A stretch of 35,704 nucleotides of DNA, taken from the NCBI GenBank assembly GCA_045807245.1, contig JBJMHS010000049.1, positions 1-35,704 of the forward strand. The letters are read 5' to 3'. Each line of letters starts with the position of its first letter. The stretch's first letter is position 1. A program made the position numbers and the translations under genes. This document shows, one piece after another, positions 27,144 to 35,704 of the stretch. The stretch comes from Actinomycetales bacterium (GTDB taxonomy: Bacteria; Actinomycetota; Actinomycetes; Actinomycetales; CAVURS01). The notes under the pieces are model-generated. The model had not been told where the DNA came from. It was given only the letters and a program-made list of their open reading frames with translations, and did not search any database.

Positions 27144-29429
27144 ATGAACGCCCTGAACCTGTCGACCGAGCAGACGACGCCGGAGCAGGAGGACGCGCGC
27201 TCGGCGTCCGCCGACGGGGTCGAGCCGCTGGACGGGTCGGTGATCTCGTCCCGCCCCCGGGCGGCCAACGGCCGGTTCATCGCGTTGGAGGCAGGGGACG
27301 ACGACCTGCCGCCCGACCGGTTCCTGGACCGAGAGATCAGCTGGCTGCAGTTCAACGAACGGGTCCTCGGCCTGGCCATGGACCCCTCGCTCCCGCTGCT
27401 CGAGCGGGCCCGGTTCCTGGCCATCTTCTCCAGCAACCTGGACGAGTTCTTCATGGTCCGGGTCGCGGGCCTCAAGCGCCGGATCGCGACCGGGCTGGCC
27501 ATGCGGTCGGCCTCCGGCCTCGAGCCGCGCGAGGTGCTCGAGGAGATCTCCGCCGTCGCCCACGAGCTCATGGCACGCCAGGCCCGGGTCTTCACCAACG
27601 ACGTGCGCCCGGCGCTCGCCGAGGCCGGCATCACCCTCGTCCGCTGGGAAGAGCTGTCGCCGAGCGAGCAAGGGAACCTGGGCGAGATGTTCCGGGCTCA
27701 GGTGTTCCCGGTCCTGACCCCGCTGGCCGTTGACCCCGCGCACCCGTTCCCCTACATCTCCGGGCTCTCGCTCAACCTCGCCGTCGTCGTGGTGAACCCC
27801 AAGACGCAGATCGAGCAGTTCGCCCGGGTCAAGGTGCCGCCGCTGCTGCCGCGCTTCGTCGTGGTCGAGGACCGGGGGTCGTCGACGAACCCGCTCGACC
27901 CCACGAGCGTCGACCCGTACAAGTCTCGGTTCGTCCCGCTCGAGGACCTCATCGCGGCGCACCTGGAGTTCCTGTTCCCGGGCATGGAGGTGCGCCAGCA
28001 CCACACGTTCCGGGTGACCCGCAACGAGGATCTCGAGGTCGAGGAGGACGACGCCGAGAACCTGTTGCACGCGCTCGAGAAGGAGCTGACGCGGCGGCGG
28101 TTCGGCCCGCCGGTGCGGCTCGAGATCGCCGAGGACATGGACGACCACGTGCTCGACCTGCTCGTTCGCGAGCTGGGCATCAACGAGTCGGAGGTCTACC
28201 ACCTGCCGGCACCTCTCGACCTGACTGGTCTCAACTTGGTCGCCGACCTGGACCGTACCGAGCTGCGGTACCCACCGTTCGTGCCGAAGACGCATCGTGA
28301 CCTGAACGTCGTCGAAACTGCTTCTGCCCCAGACGTTTTCGCGGCCGTCCGGGCGCGCGACGTACTGCTCCATCATCCCTACGACTCGTTCTCGACATCC
28401 GTGCAGGCGTTCCTCGAGCAGGCCGCCGCCGATCCGCGCGTCCTGGCGATCAAGCAGACGCTCTACCGCACCAGCGGTGACAGCCCGATCGTCGACGCCC
28501 TCATCGACGCGGCCGAGGCCGGCAAGCAGGTCCTCGCCATCGTCGAGCTCAAGGCCCGGTTCGACGAGCAGGCCAACATCTCGTGGGCCCGCAAGCTGGA
28601 GCAGTCCGGTGTGCACGTCGTGTACGGCATCGTCGGACTGAAGACGCACGCCAAGCTCTGCCTGGTCGTCCGCCAGGAGAGCGACGGTCTCAAGCGCTAC
28701 TGCCACATCGGAACCGGCAACTACAACCCCAAGACGGCCCGGCTCTACGAGGACTTCGGGCTGCTCACCTGCGACGCCCAGGTGGGCGAGGACATGACCC
28801 GCCTGTTCAACCAGCTGTCCGGTTACGCGCCGCGCACGAGGTACAAGCGGCTGCTCGTCGCGCCGCGCTCGCTGCGTCCCGGCCTGCTCGACCTGATCAA
28901 CAGCGAGATCGCGCACCACGACGCGGGACGTCCGGCGCACATCCGGTTCAAGCTGAACTCGATCGTCGACGAGCAGATCATCGATGCGCTCTACCGCGCC
29001 TCCCAGGCCGGCGTCCCGGTGGACATCGTCGTGCGCAGCATCTGCGCTCTCCGGCCCGGGGTGCCCGGCCTCTCGGAGAACATGCGGATCCGCTCCATCC
29101 TGGGCCGGTTCCTCGAGCACTCCCGGATCTACCACTTCCAAGGTGGTGGTGACCCGGTCTGCCTGCTCGGCAGCGCTGACTTGATGCACCGCAACCTCGA
29201 CCGTCGCGTCGAGTCGCTCGTGCGGGTGAACGACCAGGGTCACGAGGAGTGGCTGCGGTCGCTCGTCGCGCAGTCGGCGAGTGACGAGACGGCCTCCTGG
29301 CACCTCGAGTCCGACGGCTCCTGGACCCGGCACCACGTGGACGCCGACGGCGAACCGCTGCAGGACATCCAGCGGATGCTGATCGACCGGGCCAACCGCC
29401 AGCACCGCAAGGCTCGCCGCCGGCGATGA
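27144..29429 (+). CDS. ppk1: Polyphosphate kinase 1 (alternative start 27135)
   Basis: [94 protein letters not shown]. Confidence 0.97.
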   Translation: MNALNLSTEQTTPEQEDARSASADGVEPLDGSVISSRPRAANGRFIALEAGDDDLPPDRFLDREISWLQFNERVLGLAMDPSLPLLERARFLAIFSSNLDEFFMVRVAGLKRRIATGLAMRSASGLEPREVLEEISAVAHELMARQARVFTNDVRPALAEAGITLVRWEELSPSEQGNLGEMFRAQVFPVLTPLAVDPAHPFPYISGLSLNLAVVVVNPKTQIEQFARVKVPPLLPRFVVVEDRGSSTNPLDPTSVDPYKSRFVPLEDLIAAHLEFLFPGMEVRQHHTFRVTRNEDLEVEEDDAENLLHALEKELTRRRFGPPVRLEIAEDMDDHVLDLLVRELGINESEVYHLPAPLDLTGLNLVADLDRTELRYPPFVPKTHRDLNVVETASAPDVFAAVRARDVLLHHPYDSFSTSVQAFLEQAAADPRVLAIKQTLYRTSGDSPIVDALIDAAEAGKQVLAIVELKARFDEQANISWARKLEQSGVHVVYGIVGLKTHAKLCLVVRQESDGLKRYCHIGTGNYNPKTARLYEDFGLLTCDAQVGEDMTRLFNQLSGYAPRTRYKRLLVAPRSLRPGLLDLINSEIAHHDAGRPAHIRFKLNSIVDEQIIDALYRASQAGVPVDIVVRSICALRPGVPGLSENMRIRSILGRFLEHSRIYHFQGGGDPVCLLGSADLMHRNLDRRVESLVRVNDQGHEEWLRSLVAQSASDETASWHLESDGSWTRHHVDADGEPLQDIQRMLIDRANRQHRKARRRR

Positions 29430-30397
29430 GCCAGACCGTCGACGACGTGATCGAGATCGCGCCACCGGCCACACCCGCCGCCGGCGCGGTCCCCTGGCGT
29501 CGCCGCAAGGGCGTCCTGCAGGTCGCGATGGTGCACCGGCCGCGGTACGACGACTGGTCGTGGTCCAAGGGCAAGCTCGACGCCGGCGAGGACTGGCCCG
29601 TGGCCGCGGTCCGCGAGGTGGGCGAGGAGACCGGGCTGCTCGTGCGGCTGGGCCGACCGCTGCCCACGGCGACGTACCCGATCGGCTCGCTGGGCGGCCT
29701 GGCGACCAAGGAGGTGCGGTACTGGGTGGCCGAGGTCGTCGGCGGTTCTGGCGAGCTGGTCAACGAGATCGACGAGGTCGCGTGGCTGGCGCCGGACGAG
29801 GCGGCCCTCCGGCTGCACTACGCCCGCGACAAGGAGCAGCTGCGGGCGCTCGTCCAGGCGGACGAGGACGACGCGCTCACGACCTGGCCCATCGCTGTCG
29901 TGCGTCATGCCAAGGCCACGCCGCGAGGGTCGTGGAAGGGACCGGACGCGGAGCGCCCTCTGGATGCCCGCGGACAGCAACGCTCGGCCGCGATCGCGCC
30001 GGTCATGGCGGCGTTCGGCATCCGGCGGCTCGTCAGCTCACCGTCGACGCGGTGTCTGGACACGCTCAGGCCGTACGCCGGGCAGGCGCGAATCCCGTTG
30101 CGCAGCAAGGCCGGGCTGTCCGAGGAGGGCTTCGCGGCCGACCCGGCCAAGGCGCCGTACCACGTCGAGCGGATGGTGCAGCGCGGCACACCGGTCGCCG
30201 TCTGCGGCCACGGCCCGGTGCTGCCGACCATGCTCGACGTCCTCGCCCAGCAAGCAAAGGACGAGACTGCCGACGCGCTGCACGAGGCAGCCGACCTCGG
30301 TCTGGCCAAGGGCGAGGTGCTCGTCGCGCACCTCAGCGGCACGGGCGGCGCGGCGCGCGTGGTCGCGGTCGAGCGGCACGCACCCGCGGAGTCATGA
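29426..30397 (+). CDS. mutT1: Nudix hydrolase fused to histidine-phosphatase domain (MutT1-like)
   Basis: [19 protein letters not shown]...[11 protein letters not shown]udix box; VVRHAKA, RPLDARG, SSPSTRC phosphatase motifs; ATGA overlap with ppk1. Confidence 0.88.
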   Translation: MSQTVDDVIEIAPPATPAAGAVPWRRRKGVLQVAMVHRPRYDDWSWSKGKLDAGEDWPVAAVREVGEETGLLVRLGRPLPTATYPIGSLGGLATKEVRYWVAEVVGGSGELVNEIDEVAWLAPDEAALRLHYARDKEQLRALVQADEDDALTTWPIAVVRHAKATPRGSWKGPDAERPLDARGQQRSAAIAPVMAAFGIRRLVSSPSTRCLDTLRPYAGQARIPLRSKAGLSEEGFAADPAKAPYHVERMVQRGTPVAVCGHGPVLPTMLDVLAQQAKDETADALHEAADLGLAKGEVLVAHLSGTGGAARVVAVERHAPAES

Positions 30398-30454
30398 CGG
30401 CCGTGGTCCAGCTGCTCTGGTCGGGGTCGGTCGCCGGCTCTCGACTGCGCTCAC

Positions 30455-32035
30455 TCAGCCCAGCCAGGCCCGCAGCGACTTCTTGGTCGCAGCCTTGGCC
30501 GCAGCGGCGATCTCGTCCTCCAGCTCCACCTGGCGGCGGCCTTCCGCCGCGTGCAGCCGGCCCAGGGTGAACACCGTCTCCGGCTCGCCGGCCGCGGTCA
30601 GCTCCTCGAGGCGTTGCTGGAGGACGACGGCGTCGTGGTGCTCGCCGAGCAGGTCCTGCAACCGCTCCATCGCCGTCGCGAAGGCGAGCGCAGGAGCGCC
30701 GAACGCGGGGACGAGGGCCTCGCCGGCGTACCGGGCGCGTTTCGCCTTCTTGCGCACGACGTGCAGGGCGATGTTGTGCGCGTCCTCGTCCGCCTCCTGC
30801 GCCGCGGCGGCCAGCGCGCGGTCGACCCGGCGGGCGGCCGCGCGAACCGGCTTGAACAGCTCCTTGCCCGCCGGCCGCGCCGCCCGCTGCGTCAACGGCG
30901 GCGCGGTCACGAGCTCGTCCAGCGCGACGACGAGCTGCTGGTAGCGCGCGGAGTCCAGCGCCGCGACGACCTCGGCGAACGCTGCCTTCTCGGCGCGAGC
31001 CAGCTCCCGGTCGATCCGGCGCACGACGGCCGTGGTGACCCGATGGTGCTCGCGTTCCGCTGCGACGTCGTCGGCAACGCGGGCCCGCATCACCTCGGCG
31101 TCGCGCGCCTGCCCCAGCTCGTCGGCCAGCCACTTCAGCTCAGCCTCGACCGGCTGGGTCACCCCCGGTTCCACCAGCGGCTCGAAGGTCTCCAGGACGC
31201 TGCGCAGCCGTCGGGTCGCCACCCGCATCTGGTGGATGCTGTCCGGGCGGTCCAACCGCACGGCCAGGTCCTGCCCGGACAGGTGGTCGAGCTCGGCCGC
31301 GAGGTAGGCCACGACGACCTGGCCGGCCGGCGACGAGGCCGAGAGCTTGCCGGACGCGGGGCCGGCCTCGGCCCGGGCCTGGGGCTTGCCGGGTCGCCGC
31401 TGCCCGAGCCCACGGGCGAGCTTGGACCGGCTCTTCGAGCGCACCGCGCCCCGCCGCCGCAGCTCCTTGTCGACGCCCTTGAGCACCTTGCGCCCGCCCT
31501 CGACGAGCTCGACCTCGATCTCGCGCCACTCCTGAGGCGCGGCGACCGTCTCGGCGTCGCCGCCCGAGGGGACCAGTCGTTCGGCCACCACCCGGTCGTC
31601 CGCGATCTCGGCCAGAACCGTGCCGTTCTGCCGGACGAGGCTCGTGGTGCGGACCGTCCGCAGCCGCAGCACCGGGGCCAGGGGCGAGTCGCGGGTGTGG
31701 ATCCAGACCAACCGGCGCAGCCGGAGCGGAACGGTGCGCTCCGAGCGTCCGAGGGTCGCGCGGATCTCGTCGCGCTCGCTGTCGGCGACCGGCACCTTGA
31801 GATGCCACCCGGCGTCCGAACCGCCGGTACGGCGGCGCAGGGTGAGCCCGGCGTGCAGCAGGCGGTGGTCGGCCGTGTCGAAGTACGTCGCGTCCAGCTC
31901 GACCGTGCCCGGGGCGACGTCGTCGTACGGCGGTCCGTCGTCGCCGGCGGGCCCGAGCAGGTCGGTCACCGAAGGCAGCAGGAAGTCGTCGGCGACGTCG
32001 TACTTCCGCTCGACCTCGCGATAGTTGGCGGGCAC
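30455..32035 (-). CDS. CYTH and CHAD domain-containing protein (polyphosphate-associated)
   Basis: GTG 32035; REVERKY, ATYFDT, LRRRTGGSDAGWHLK, WREIEVEL (CYTH); IHQMRVATRRLRS, LHVVRKKAKRARY, LQDLLGEHHD (CHAD). Confidence 0.92.
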   Translation of the reverse strand: MPANYREVERKYDVADDFLLPSVTDLLGPAGDDGPPYDDVAPGTVELDATYFDTADHRLLHAGLTLRRRTGGSDAGWHLKVPVADSERDEIRATLGRSERTVPLRLRRLVWIHTRDSPLAPVLRLRTVRTTSLVRQNGTVLAEIADDRVVAERLVPSGGDAETVAAPQEWREIEVELVEGGRKVLKGVDKELRRRGAVRSKSRSKLARGLGQRRPGKPQARAEAGPASGKLSASSPAGQVVVAYLAAELDHLSGQDLAVRLDRPDSIHQMRVATRRLRSVLETFEPLVEPGVTQPVEAELKWLADELGQARDAEVMRARVADDVAAEREHHRVTTAVVRRIDRELARAEKAAFAEVVAALDSARYQQLVVALDELVTAPPLTQRAARPAGKELFKPVRAAARRVDRALAAAAQEADEDAHNIALHVVRKKAKRARYAGEALVPAFGAPALAFATAMERLQDLLGEHHDAVVLQQRLEELTAAGEPETVFTLGRLHAAEGRRQVELEDEIAAAAKAATKKSLRAWLG

Positions 32036-32140
32036 AACCTGAAAATGCCGTCCGCAGGCACGGTGCGCAAGAGGCGCCTGCCCTTCGTAACCTGCTGCTC
32101 GCCGTACCGACTCTTGGATGCGGCCTACTCGACCGGGACC

Positions 32141-32195
32141 GTTCACCGCCCGTTCACCCACGTCCCGGTGTCACGTCACCTGCCCTCCCTAGCGT
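32141..32195 (+). promoter_or_regulatory. PHO boxes and -10 element of pstS
   Basis: GTTCACC at 32141 and 32152, CGTCACC at 32174 (11-nt phase); TAGCGT at 32190. Confidence 0.8.
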
Positions 32196-32255
32196 CCGTC
32201 ACGACATGGCAAAAGGGCCGTGTCGGATCGACCCCGCTCCGGAGAGGGAATCCCC

Positions 32256-33371
32256 GTGAAGTTTCACTCGCCCGCACGTCTTGCTGCGGTCGCTGTCGTC
32301 GCAGCCTTGGGCCTGGCGGCCTGTGGCTCGGACAACAACTCAGACTCGAATGCCGGCGGCAGTGGCGGTAGCGGTGGCAGTGGCGCCGCGTACTGCGCGA
32401 GCGGCACCTTGAACTCGTCCGGCTCCACCGCGCAGGCGAACGCCATGACGCAGTGGATCAAGGACTACCAGACGGCCTGCGGCGACGCGACCGTGAACTA
32501 CAACGCCGTCGGCTCCGGCCAGGGCGTCACCGACTTCACCAACGGCCAGACCTCGCTGGCCGGCTCGGACTCCGCCCTCGACCTCGCCAAGGGCGAGGTG
32601 GACAAGGCCAACGCACGCTGCAAGAGCGGCAACGCCGTCGACCTCCCGACGGTCCCGGGCCCGATCGCGGTCGTCTACAACGTCGCCGGCGCCGACAACC
32701 TGGTCTTCACGCCGCAGATCCTGGCCAAGATCTTCAGCGGCAAGATCACCACGTGGAACGACCCGGCGATCGCCGCGGCGAACTCGGGCGCCAAGCTGCC
32801 GAACGCCAAGATCACGACGTACCACCGCTCCGACGCGTCGGGTACCTCGGACAACTTCACCAAGTACCTCCTGGCCAACGACCCGACCGACTGGACCTAC
32901 GACCACAACAAGCAGTGGCCGGGCCCGGGTGGGCAGGGCGCCAAAGGTTCGGACGGCGTCTCGGCGGCCATCAAGGGCACGACCAACACCATCGGGTACG
33001 TCGAGTGGTCCTTCGCCACGCAGAACCAGCTGCAGATGGCCCAGATCGACAACGGCGGCGGTCCGGTCACCCTGAGCGCCGACAGTGTCGGCAAGGCCGT
33101 CGCGGCCGCGAAGGTCACCGGCACCGGCGACGACCTGACCCTGAAGCTGGACTACGCGACAAAGACCGCCGGCGCCTACCCGATCATCCTGGTCACGTAC
33201 GAGATCACCTGTGTGAAGGGCCTGCCGACGGACCAGGCCAAGCTGGTCAAGGGCTTCCTGACCTACGTGTCCAGCTCGGCCGGCCAGGGCAAGCTGACCG
33301 CCCTGGGCTACGCACCGCTGCCCACGGAGATCCAGTCCAAGGTCCAGGCCGTCGTCGCGAAGATCTCCTGA
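32256..33371 (+). CDS. pstS: Phosphate ABC transporter substrate-binding lipoprotein
   Basis: GGAGAGG RBS, GTG 32256; lipobox LAA-C; SGSTAQ, GSGQG, AGSDS, HRSDASGTS, IGYVE, YPIILVTYEI. Confidence 0.96.
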   Translation: MKFHSPARLAAVAVVAALGLAACGSDNNSDSNAGGSGGSGGSGAAYCASGTLNSSGSTAQANAMTQWIKDYQTACGDATVNYNAVGSGQGVTDFTNGQTSLAGSDSALDLAKGEVDKANARCKSGNAVDLPTVPGPIAVVYNVAGADNLVFTPQILAKIFSGKITTWNDPAIAAANSGAKLPNAKITTYHRSDASGTSDNFTKYLLANDPTDWTYDHNKQWPGPGGQGAKGSDGVSAAIKGTTNTIGYVEWSFATQNQLQMAQIDNGGGPVTLSADSVGKAVAAAKVTGTGDDLTLKLDYATKTAGAYPIILVTYEITCVKGLPTDQAKLVKGFLTYVSSSAGQGKLTALGYAPLPTEIQSKVQAVVAKIS

Positions 33372-33406
33372 CGCGCTGACGTGCACTCGGACAGCCTGGC
33401 GAGCCG

Positions 33407-34426
33407 ATGAGCTCCCACACGGAGGAGATCGGACGCGGGCCGGAGAACATCCGGCCCGCGTCCGAGCCGTCGTCCCAGCCGTCGTCCCAGATCGCCGGCA
33501 AGGCTGTCCGCGTCGGCGACCGCGTGTTCCGGGGCCTGTCCGCACTGTCGGGCTCGTTGATCCTCGTCTGTATGGCGGCCATCGCCGCCTTCCTGCTCTA
33601 CCGCACGGTGCCGGCCCTGCAGGCCGACACCAAGAGCTTCCTGACCACCACGAGCTGGTTCCCGGACAACTCACCGTCCGTCTTCGGCGTCGCCGCGCTC
33701 GCCTGGGGCACGCTCCTGTCCAGCCTCATCGCGCTCGTTCTGGCCGTGCCGGTCTCGATCGGCATCGCCCTGTTCATCGCCCACTACGCGCCGCGGCGGA
33801 TCGCCTCGGGCCTGGGCTACCTCGTGGACCTGCTGGCCGCCGTACCGTCCGTCATCTACGGGCTGTGGGGGCTGGCGTTCCTCGTGCCGCACATGGTCGG
33901 GCTCTCGTCCTGGCTCGACACGTACTTCGGGTGGATCCCGATCTTCAGCGCCGACGGGTCGGCGTACAAGAACACGATGTTCAACACCGGCGTCGTCCTG
34001 GCCGTGATGATCCTGCCGATCATCAGCGCCGTGTCGCGCGAGGTGTTCCTCCAAGTACCGCGCTCGCACATCGAGGCTGCTCTGGCGATCGGTGCGACGC
34101 GGTGGGAGGTCATGCGCCTCTCGGTCCTGCCGTTCGGCCGCTCCGGGGTGATCAGCGCGTCGATGCTCGGCCTGGGCCGCGCGCTCGGCGAGACGGTGGC
34201 GGTCGCGCTGGTGCTGTCGACGAGCTACGACATCTCGGGGCACGTCCTCGAACCCGGGGGCAATACGTTCGCGGCGAACATCGCCTTGCAGTTCGGCTTC
34301 GCCCAGACCGTCGGCATCAATGCGCTGATCGCGTCCGGCATGGTCCTGTTCGTCATCACCTTGGTGGTCAACATGAGCGCGCGGCTGATCATCGCTCGGC
34401 GCAGCGAGTTCTCGGGGGCGAACTGA
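33407..34426 (+). CDS. pstC: Phosphate ABC transporter permease PstC
   Basis: LLAAVPSVIYGLWG, VLAVMILPII, EAALAIGATRWE, LGLGRALGETVAV. Confidence 0.96.
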   Translation: MSSHTEEIGRGPENIRPASEPSSQPSSQIAGKAVRVGDRVFRGLSALSGSLILVCMAAIAAFLLYRTVPALQADTKSFLTTTSWFPDNSPSVFGVAALAWGTLLSSLIALVLAVPVSIGIALFIAHYAPRRIASGLGYLVDLLAAVPSVIYGLWGLAFLVPHMVGLSSWLDTYFGWIPIFSADGSAYKNTMFNTGVVLAVMILPIISAVSREVFLQVPRSHIEAALAIGATRWEVMRLSVLPFGRSGVISASMLGLGRALGETVAVALVLSTSYDISGHVLEPGGNTFAANIALQFGFAQTVGINALIASGMVLFVITLVVNMSARLIIARRSEFSGAN

Positions 34427-34427
34427 C

Positions 34428-35495
34428 ATGTCGACGATGACCTCCGAACGTCCGTCGGCCGCTTTGCCGGACGACCCGTACGGCCTCGCCGGCCAGGTCC
34501 TGCCCCGGTGGGCGGTGCCCGCCGTCGTGGTCGTGGCGGTCGCACTGAGCGGGCTGCTCGTGGTGGCGACGCCGGCGCACGGGCCCGCGCAGGCGCTGGT
34601 CATGGCCGCGCTGCTGTACCTGGTCGTGATGACGGGGGCGAGCTTCGCTCGCGAAGGCCGACGGCGGGCGGTCGACCGCCTGGCGACGACGCTCATCGTG
34701 GCGAGCTTCCTGCTCGCACTGGCGCCGCTCATCGCCATCATCGCGAAGGTCGTCGTCGAGGGCGCCGGCGTCGTCAACGGCACGTTCCTCACCCACTCGC
34801 TGCGCAACATCGGGCCGACCGACACCGGCGGCGGCATCTATCACGGCATCGTCGGCACGCTCGAGCAGGCCGCGATCACCACGGTGATGGCCGTGCCGGT
34901 CGCGATCCTGACGGCGGTGTACCTGGTCGAGTACGGCCGCGGCTGGCTGGCCAAGGGCATCACGTTCTTCGTGGACGTCATGACCGGCGTCCCGTCGATC
35001 GTCGCCGGCCTGTTCGTCTACACGGTGTGGGTACTGATCCTGGGCTTCCAGCGCAGCGGCTTCGCAGTGACGTTCGCGCTGGCGATCCTGATGATCCCGG
35101 TCGTCGTCCGGTCGACCGAGGAGATGCTCAAGCTGGTGCCCAACGAGCTGCGCGAGGCATCGCTCGCCCTCGGCGTCCCTCGCTGGCGGACCATCGTGAA
35201 GGTCGTCATCCCGACCGCACTGCCCGGCATCGTGACCGGCGTGATGCTCGGCGTCGCCCGCGTGATGGGCGAGACGGCGCCCCTGCTGTTGCTCACCGGG
35301 TTCACGAGCTCGATCAACACCGACCTGCTGCACGGCCCGCAGGCATCTCTGCCGCTGATCATCTTCGACCAGGCCCAGCGCCCGTCGGCCATCTCCGTCG
35401 AACGGGCCTGGGGCACTGCGCTCACGCTGATCGTCATCGTCATGCTGCTCAACCTGGTGGGGCGAGTGGTCGCCCGGTTCAGCCGGGTCCGGTAG
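34428..35495 (+). CDS. pstA: Phosphate ABC transporter permease PstA
   Basis: AVYLVEYG, GVPSIVAGLF, LREASLALG, ARVMGETAPLL, RAWGTAL. Confidence 0.96.
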   Translation: MSTMTSERPSAALPDDPYGLAGQVLPRWAVPAVVVVAVALSGLLVVATPAHGPAQALVMAALLYLVVMTGASFAREGRRRAVDRLATTLIVASFLLALAPLIAIIAKVVVEGAGVVNGTFLTHSLRNIGPTDTGGGIYHGIVGTLEQAAITTVMAVPVAILTAVYLVEYGRGWLAKGITFFVDVMTGVPSIVAGLFVYTVWVLILGFQRSGFAVTFALAILMIPVVVRSTEEMLKLVPNELREASLALGVPRWRTIVKVVIPTALPGIVTGVMLGVARVMGETAPLLLLTGFTSSINTDLLHGPQASLPLIIFDQAQRPSAISVERAWGTALTLIVIVMLLNLVGRVVARFSRVR

Positions 35496-35555
35496 CCGAG
35501 CCCAACGCCGTACCAGCCCAAGCCCGCGCGCAGAAGGACAAGGAAACCCACAGAC

Positions 35556-35704
35556 ATGGCCAAGCGAATCGACGTCTCGGGACTGAACGTCTACTACGGG
35601 TCGTTCCTCGCCGTGCAGGACGTCAGCATGACCATCGAGCCGCGGTCGGTGACGGCGTTCATCGGCCCGTCCGGCTGCGGCAAGTCGACCTTCCTGCGCA
35701 CCCT
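35556..35704 (+). CDS. pstB: Phosphate ABC transporter ATP-binding protein (5' part only)
   Basis: AAGGA RBS, ATG 35556: [15 protein letters not shown]...[18 protein letters not shown] (Walker A). Confidence 0.94.
   Translation, partial: MAKRIDVSGLNVYYGSFLAVQDVSMTIEPRSVTAFIGPSGCGKSTFLRT

Noticed and set aside
27117..29474. 785-aa minus-strand ORF, and similar long antisense ORFs (3555-5351, 1562-2803, 11296-12822, 30551-32371, 8144-9457, 30-815)
   Set aside because: Shadow frames antisense to well-supported genes; expected at high GC3 and carrying no recognisable motifs.
32352..32385. GGCAGTGGC/GGTAGCGGT repeats in pstS
   Set aside because: Ordinary Gly-Ser linker following the lipoprotein cysteine.

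Overview
High-GC actinomycete chromosomal segment. Most of it is conserved core genome, in the gene order familiar from the Streptomyces/Mycobacterium cysS-carD-senX3/regX3-phoU-gpmA-mshA ... glnR-mshD-ppk1-mutT1-pstSCAB regions. It holds about 40 CDSs, and no rRNA, tRNA, CRISPR array, transposase or integrase was seen. Themes: phosphate/polyphosphate regulon with visible 11-nt-phased GTTCAC (PHO-box-like) sites; mycothiol synthesis and use (mshA, mshD, mscR plus MBL hydrolase); an XRE regulator/HBHA-like pair with a clear operator; and an RsiG/AmfC anti-sigma factor with two intact c-di-GMP motifs. The most unusual structures are non-coding. Three ~80-105 bp intergenic palindromic elements (5389-5489, 17491-17573, 20347-20452) fall into two sequence families yet share a 19-nt internal repeat period in their arms. 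An 8/9-nt tandem array (15575-15655) is built from GTGA start/stop units. Also notable: ispD is absent between carD and a divergent ispF, and a 4-gene insert with an amylosucrase-like gene translationally coupled to the mscR operon separates ispF from cysS. All calls come from motif recognition and synteny by eye; no database search was run.
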